Positions 47,691-49,933 of a stretch of 49,933 bases of DNA are shown piece by piece (position 1 is the first letter of the stretch; each line of letters begins with the position of its first letter). Location of the stretch: the NCBI GenBank assembly GCA_029856435.1, contig JAHQXB010000114.1, forward strand, positions 1 through 49,933, given 5' to 3'. The notes under the pieces were generated by a model, which did not search any database, was not told the origin of the DNA, and saw only the letters and a program-made list of their open reading frames with translations. The position numbers and the translations under genes were made by a program. Source of the stretch: Candidatus Jordarchaeia archaeon. GTDB lineage: Archaea > Asgardarchaeota > Jordiarchaeia > Jordiarchaeales > Jordiarchaeaceae.

Positions 47691-48629
47691 GTGAGAGATT
47701 TGTTTTTGGGTTTTCCCGCATTCCACTTTTCAGTATACACAACATACGAAAAAGTTTCCCACATAGTAAGCAGACTACATGAGAATGAACTTAACGCTTT
47801 AGAAATTCTTTTCCTAGGCAACGTGCTCTACGCCCCCAAAGGCAGCTCAGCTCCTCTTTATCCAACCGTGGAACAGACACAAATGTTGTCAGAAAATCTT
47901 CGCGGTCTGCTTGTAAGTGTACATGCACCCTACGTCATAAGTTTAACCACCAGTAGCGCCAAACGTGTAAAGAACACAAAGGCACACTTCAGCATTAATT
48001 TAAAACTGGGCGATATACTGGGTGCTACCCACATTACATTCCACTGTGGCTCAATGAAAACGAGAACCAGTGAAACAAGAGTCAAGAGCTTCTTAACCGA
48101 AATAATGAAGATCAGAGAGGATAGGGGACACAAAGTCATGCTGGCGCCAGAAGTTGCAGGAAAGGTTAAATCCTTCGCAGACTTTGACACCTTAATTAGG
48201 ATAGCAGCCGAAACTAACTGCCTGATCTGCTGGGACTTGGCCCACGACTTCGCCAGGGGAGGAATGGTAACAAATGAGGCAGGTTTACTACGTAGACTAG
48301 AATTACTAGAAGGCAGTATAGACCTGAAAAAATATAAGGTGCCCATACACATTTCTGGAATCATAACCACAAGAAGAGGGGAAAAAGCCCACACCACTCT
48401 TGACAACAAATCAAATCAACTTCCATGGAGATTCATCCTCTCTTTTTTGAAGGAACAAAACTTTTTACAAAAAACCATAATGATCTGCGAATCGAAAAGT
48501 GAAAAAGATAGTATTGATGAGAGAATTAATGAAACACTAAAAATAAGGAATTACCTGATGAGTAGCCGAGAACCAGAATACAAAATTTCAAAGTCCCGCC
48601 TAGACACCTTCCTAAACTATAAAACTTAA
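47691..48629 (+). CDS. nfo: Endonuclease IV-like AP endonuclease (family 2)
   Basis: Metal ligands HAPY, TFHCG, APEVAGK, CWDLAH, HISG, EKAH, ICES. Confidence 0.8.
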   Translation: MRDLFLGFPAFHFSVYTTYEKVSHIVSRLHENELNALEILFLGNVLYAPKGSSAPLYPTVEQTQMLSENLRGLLVSVHAPYVISLTTSSAKRVKNTKAHFSINLKLGDILGATHITFHCGSMKTRTSETRVKSFLTEIMKIREDRGHKVMLAPEVAGKVKSFADFDTLIRIAAETNCLICWDLAHDFARGGMVTNEAGLLRRLELLEGSIDLKKYKVPIHISGIITTRRGEKAHTTLDNKSNQLPWRFILSFLKEQNFLQKTIMICESKSEKDSIDERINETLKIRNYLMSSREPEYKISKSRLDTFLNYKT

Positions 48630-48910
48630 AGGCAACAAGAAGACCTCTTGGAAAATTAGAAATGCTTCCACTTGGCCACTCTTCATAATTTTAATCCTCA
48701 TTTGTCAAACGGGTCATCATATTATAACATTGTTATAAATTTGGGTTTAAAAGAAAAAACGGAACACGAGAACAAGGAAAAAGGTAACTGAAGCCTCAAA
48801 AAAGGTATATTTTAAAACTCACTAGAAAAATAAGAGAATATTTGAGAATAAATAAAAAATTAAAAGTAGATAGAGGAACTATGTTGCAGGTGAAAAATTC
48901 CTAATTACAC

Positions 48911-49249
48911 TCAGTCTATGTCATATTTAAGGGCCTTAATCCTCTTCAGTGTTTTCGCTCTTATGGGAACATGATCAAGAGACCACTTCTCAGATATTTT
49001 TACGGGTTCTACTTCAAATTCTTGTTCAACTTTTTTAAATTGTTGAGGCTTAGGCGGCTCAAGACCACATGTAAGGTCTGATTTTAATTTTTTTCTAACA
49101 CAGTCCGCATGTATGCATTGTGGCCCTATGCAGAAATCTTCGCCCCAAGAGCAAAAAAGTTCTGTTCCCCGTTTAGTTTTTCTCGGTTGGAGTGCCCGCT
49201 GTGTACACTGAAAGAACTGGCAAGAGGGTTGGCATGGTTTCCCAACCAA
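48911..49249 (-). CDS. Cys-rich hypothetical protein
   Basis: CQPSCQFFQC...FCSWGEDFCIGPQCIHADC...TC; eight Cys in a conserved-looking spacing. Confidence 0.7.
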   Translation of the reverse strand: MVGKPCQPSCQFFQCTQRALQPRKTKRGTELFCSWGEDFCIGPQCIHADCVRKKLKSDLTCGLEPPKPQQFKKVEQEFEVEPVKISEKWSLDHVPIRAKTLKRIKALKYDID

Positions 49250-49933
49250 AACACTACAGCTCCTAAATTAATATTCTACACTACAGAAAATAAACACGAA
49301 TAAATAAACTTTCCGATATGAGTATCGGCACAGTTAACTGGGCGTCGCCTTTTGGGTGTACGTTTATTGTCGCGTCCTGTGTCCCCATATCGAAGCCCAT
49401 TATGAGTTATTCTGCAGGGTAAAAAGCCGAAAAGGGCACCCCAAAAGGGATGAAGGCCGAAAAACAAACAACACGCAGCAGGAGACACAAAATTAATTGT
49501 GCCCCCACTTCACCATAATAACCATAGCCGCAGCAACAATGATACCCGGAATAATACTCGCAGCCAAACACCTAGATTACACAAAAGAAAACTAAACACG
49601 ATTTTTATTAAAAAACAATTTTTGAAAAAGACATTCTCTTCCCATTATTACTAGAACATATGTTCCAAGAATCTACAAAAAGATTCAAAATACAACCCTT
49701 AAACTAATATTGCCCAAAAATACGCCGTATAGACTTTCCATTTAATTTTTTCCTTTTCTCTTCCAGAAAATATGGTTTTTTCCGCCTTTTTTGGGAAAAG
49801 AAGCCTTAAATAACCCCAATTAAGAAGAGGTTTAGGAAAAAATTAATGAGAGACTCTATACGGCGTACACCCTCCACTACGTGCCAAGCACAAAAGAAGT
49901 TTTTCATATCGTCATGGCACCTTGAATTCCTCA

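Noticed and set aside
1-49933. CRISPR array, rRNA, tRNA-Sec or selD
   Set aside because: No regularly spaced direct repeats or recognisable rRNA, tRNA-Sec or SelD motifs were seen. The remaining short ORFs in the track overlap better-supported genes on the opposite strand or in another frame.

Overview
Archaeal chromosomal window, most likely from an Asgard archaeon. This assignment is inferred from a longin-domain protein, a roadblock protein, an MglA-like small GTPase, ribosomal protein S25e and H4MPT genes. The main contents are an hdrA-mvhD-mvhG-mvhA hydrogenase/heterodisulfide-reductase operon, a glycosylation cluster, tldD-pmbA, an intron-containing tRNA-Gln(CUG), a tnpB-only IS200/IS605-type element and a seven-gene methanopterin-biosynthesis operon. 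Four signals are missed or mis-split by the ORF track. (1) The alba gene is interrupted by a 30-nt insert with an in-frame TAG. The insert folds as a bulge-helix-bulge (BHB) motif whose canonical cut sites exactly restore the Alba frame, so it looks like a tRNA-type intron in an mRNA. (2) A 49-aa VhuU-type peptide carries the missing C-terminal Ni ligands of MvhA, with an in-frame TGA and a methanococcal-style SECIS hairpin immediately downstream. (3) A winged-helix protein carries an E2F/DP-like KRRIYDIxNxL signature. (4) Three copies of a 107-109 bp MITE each have their own 9-10 bp target-site duplication. All family calls come from motif recognition by eye; no database searches or folding programs were run.
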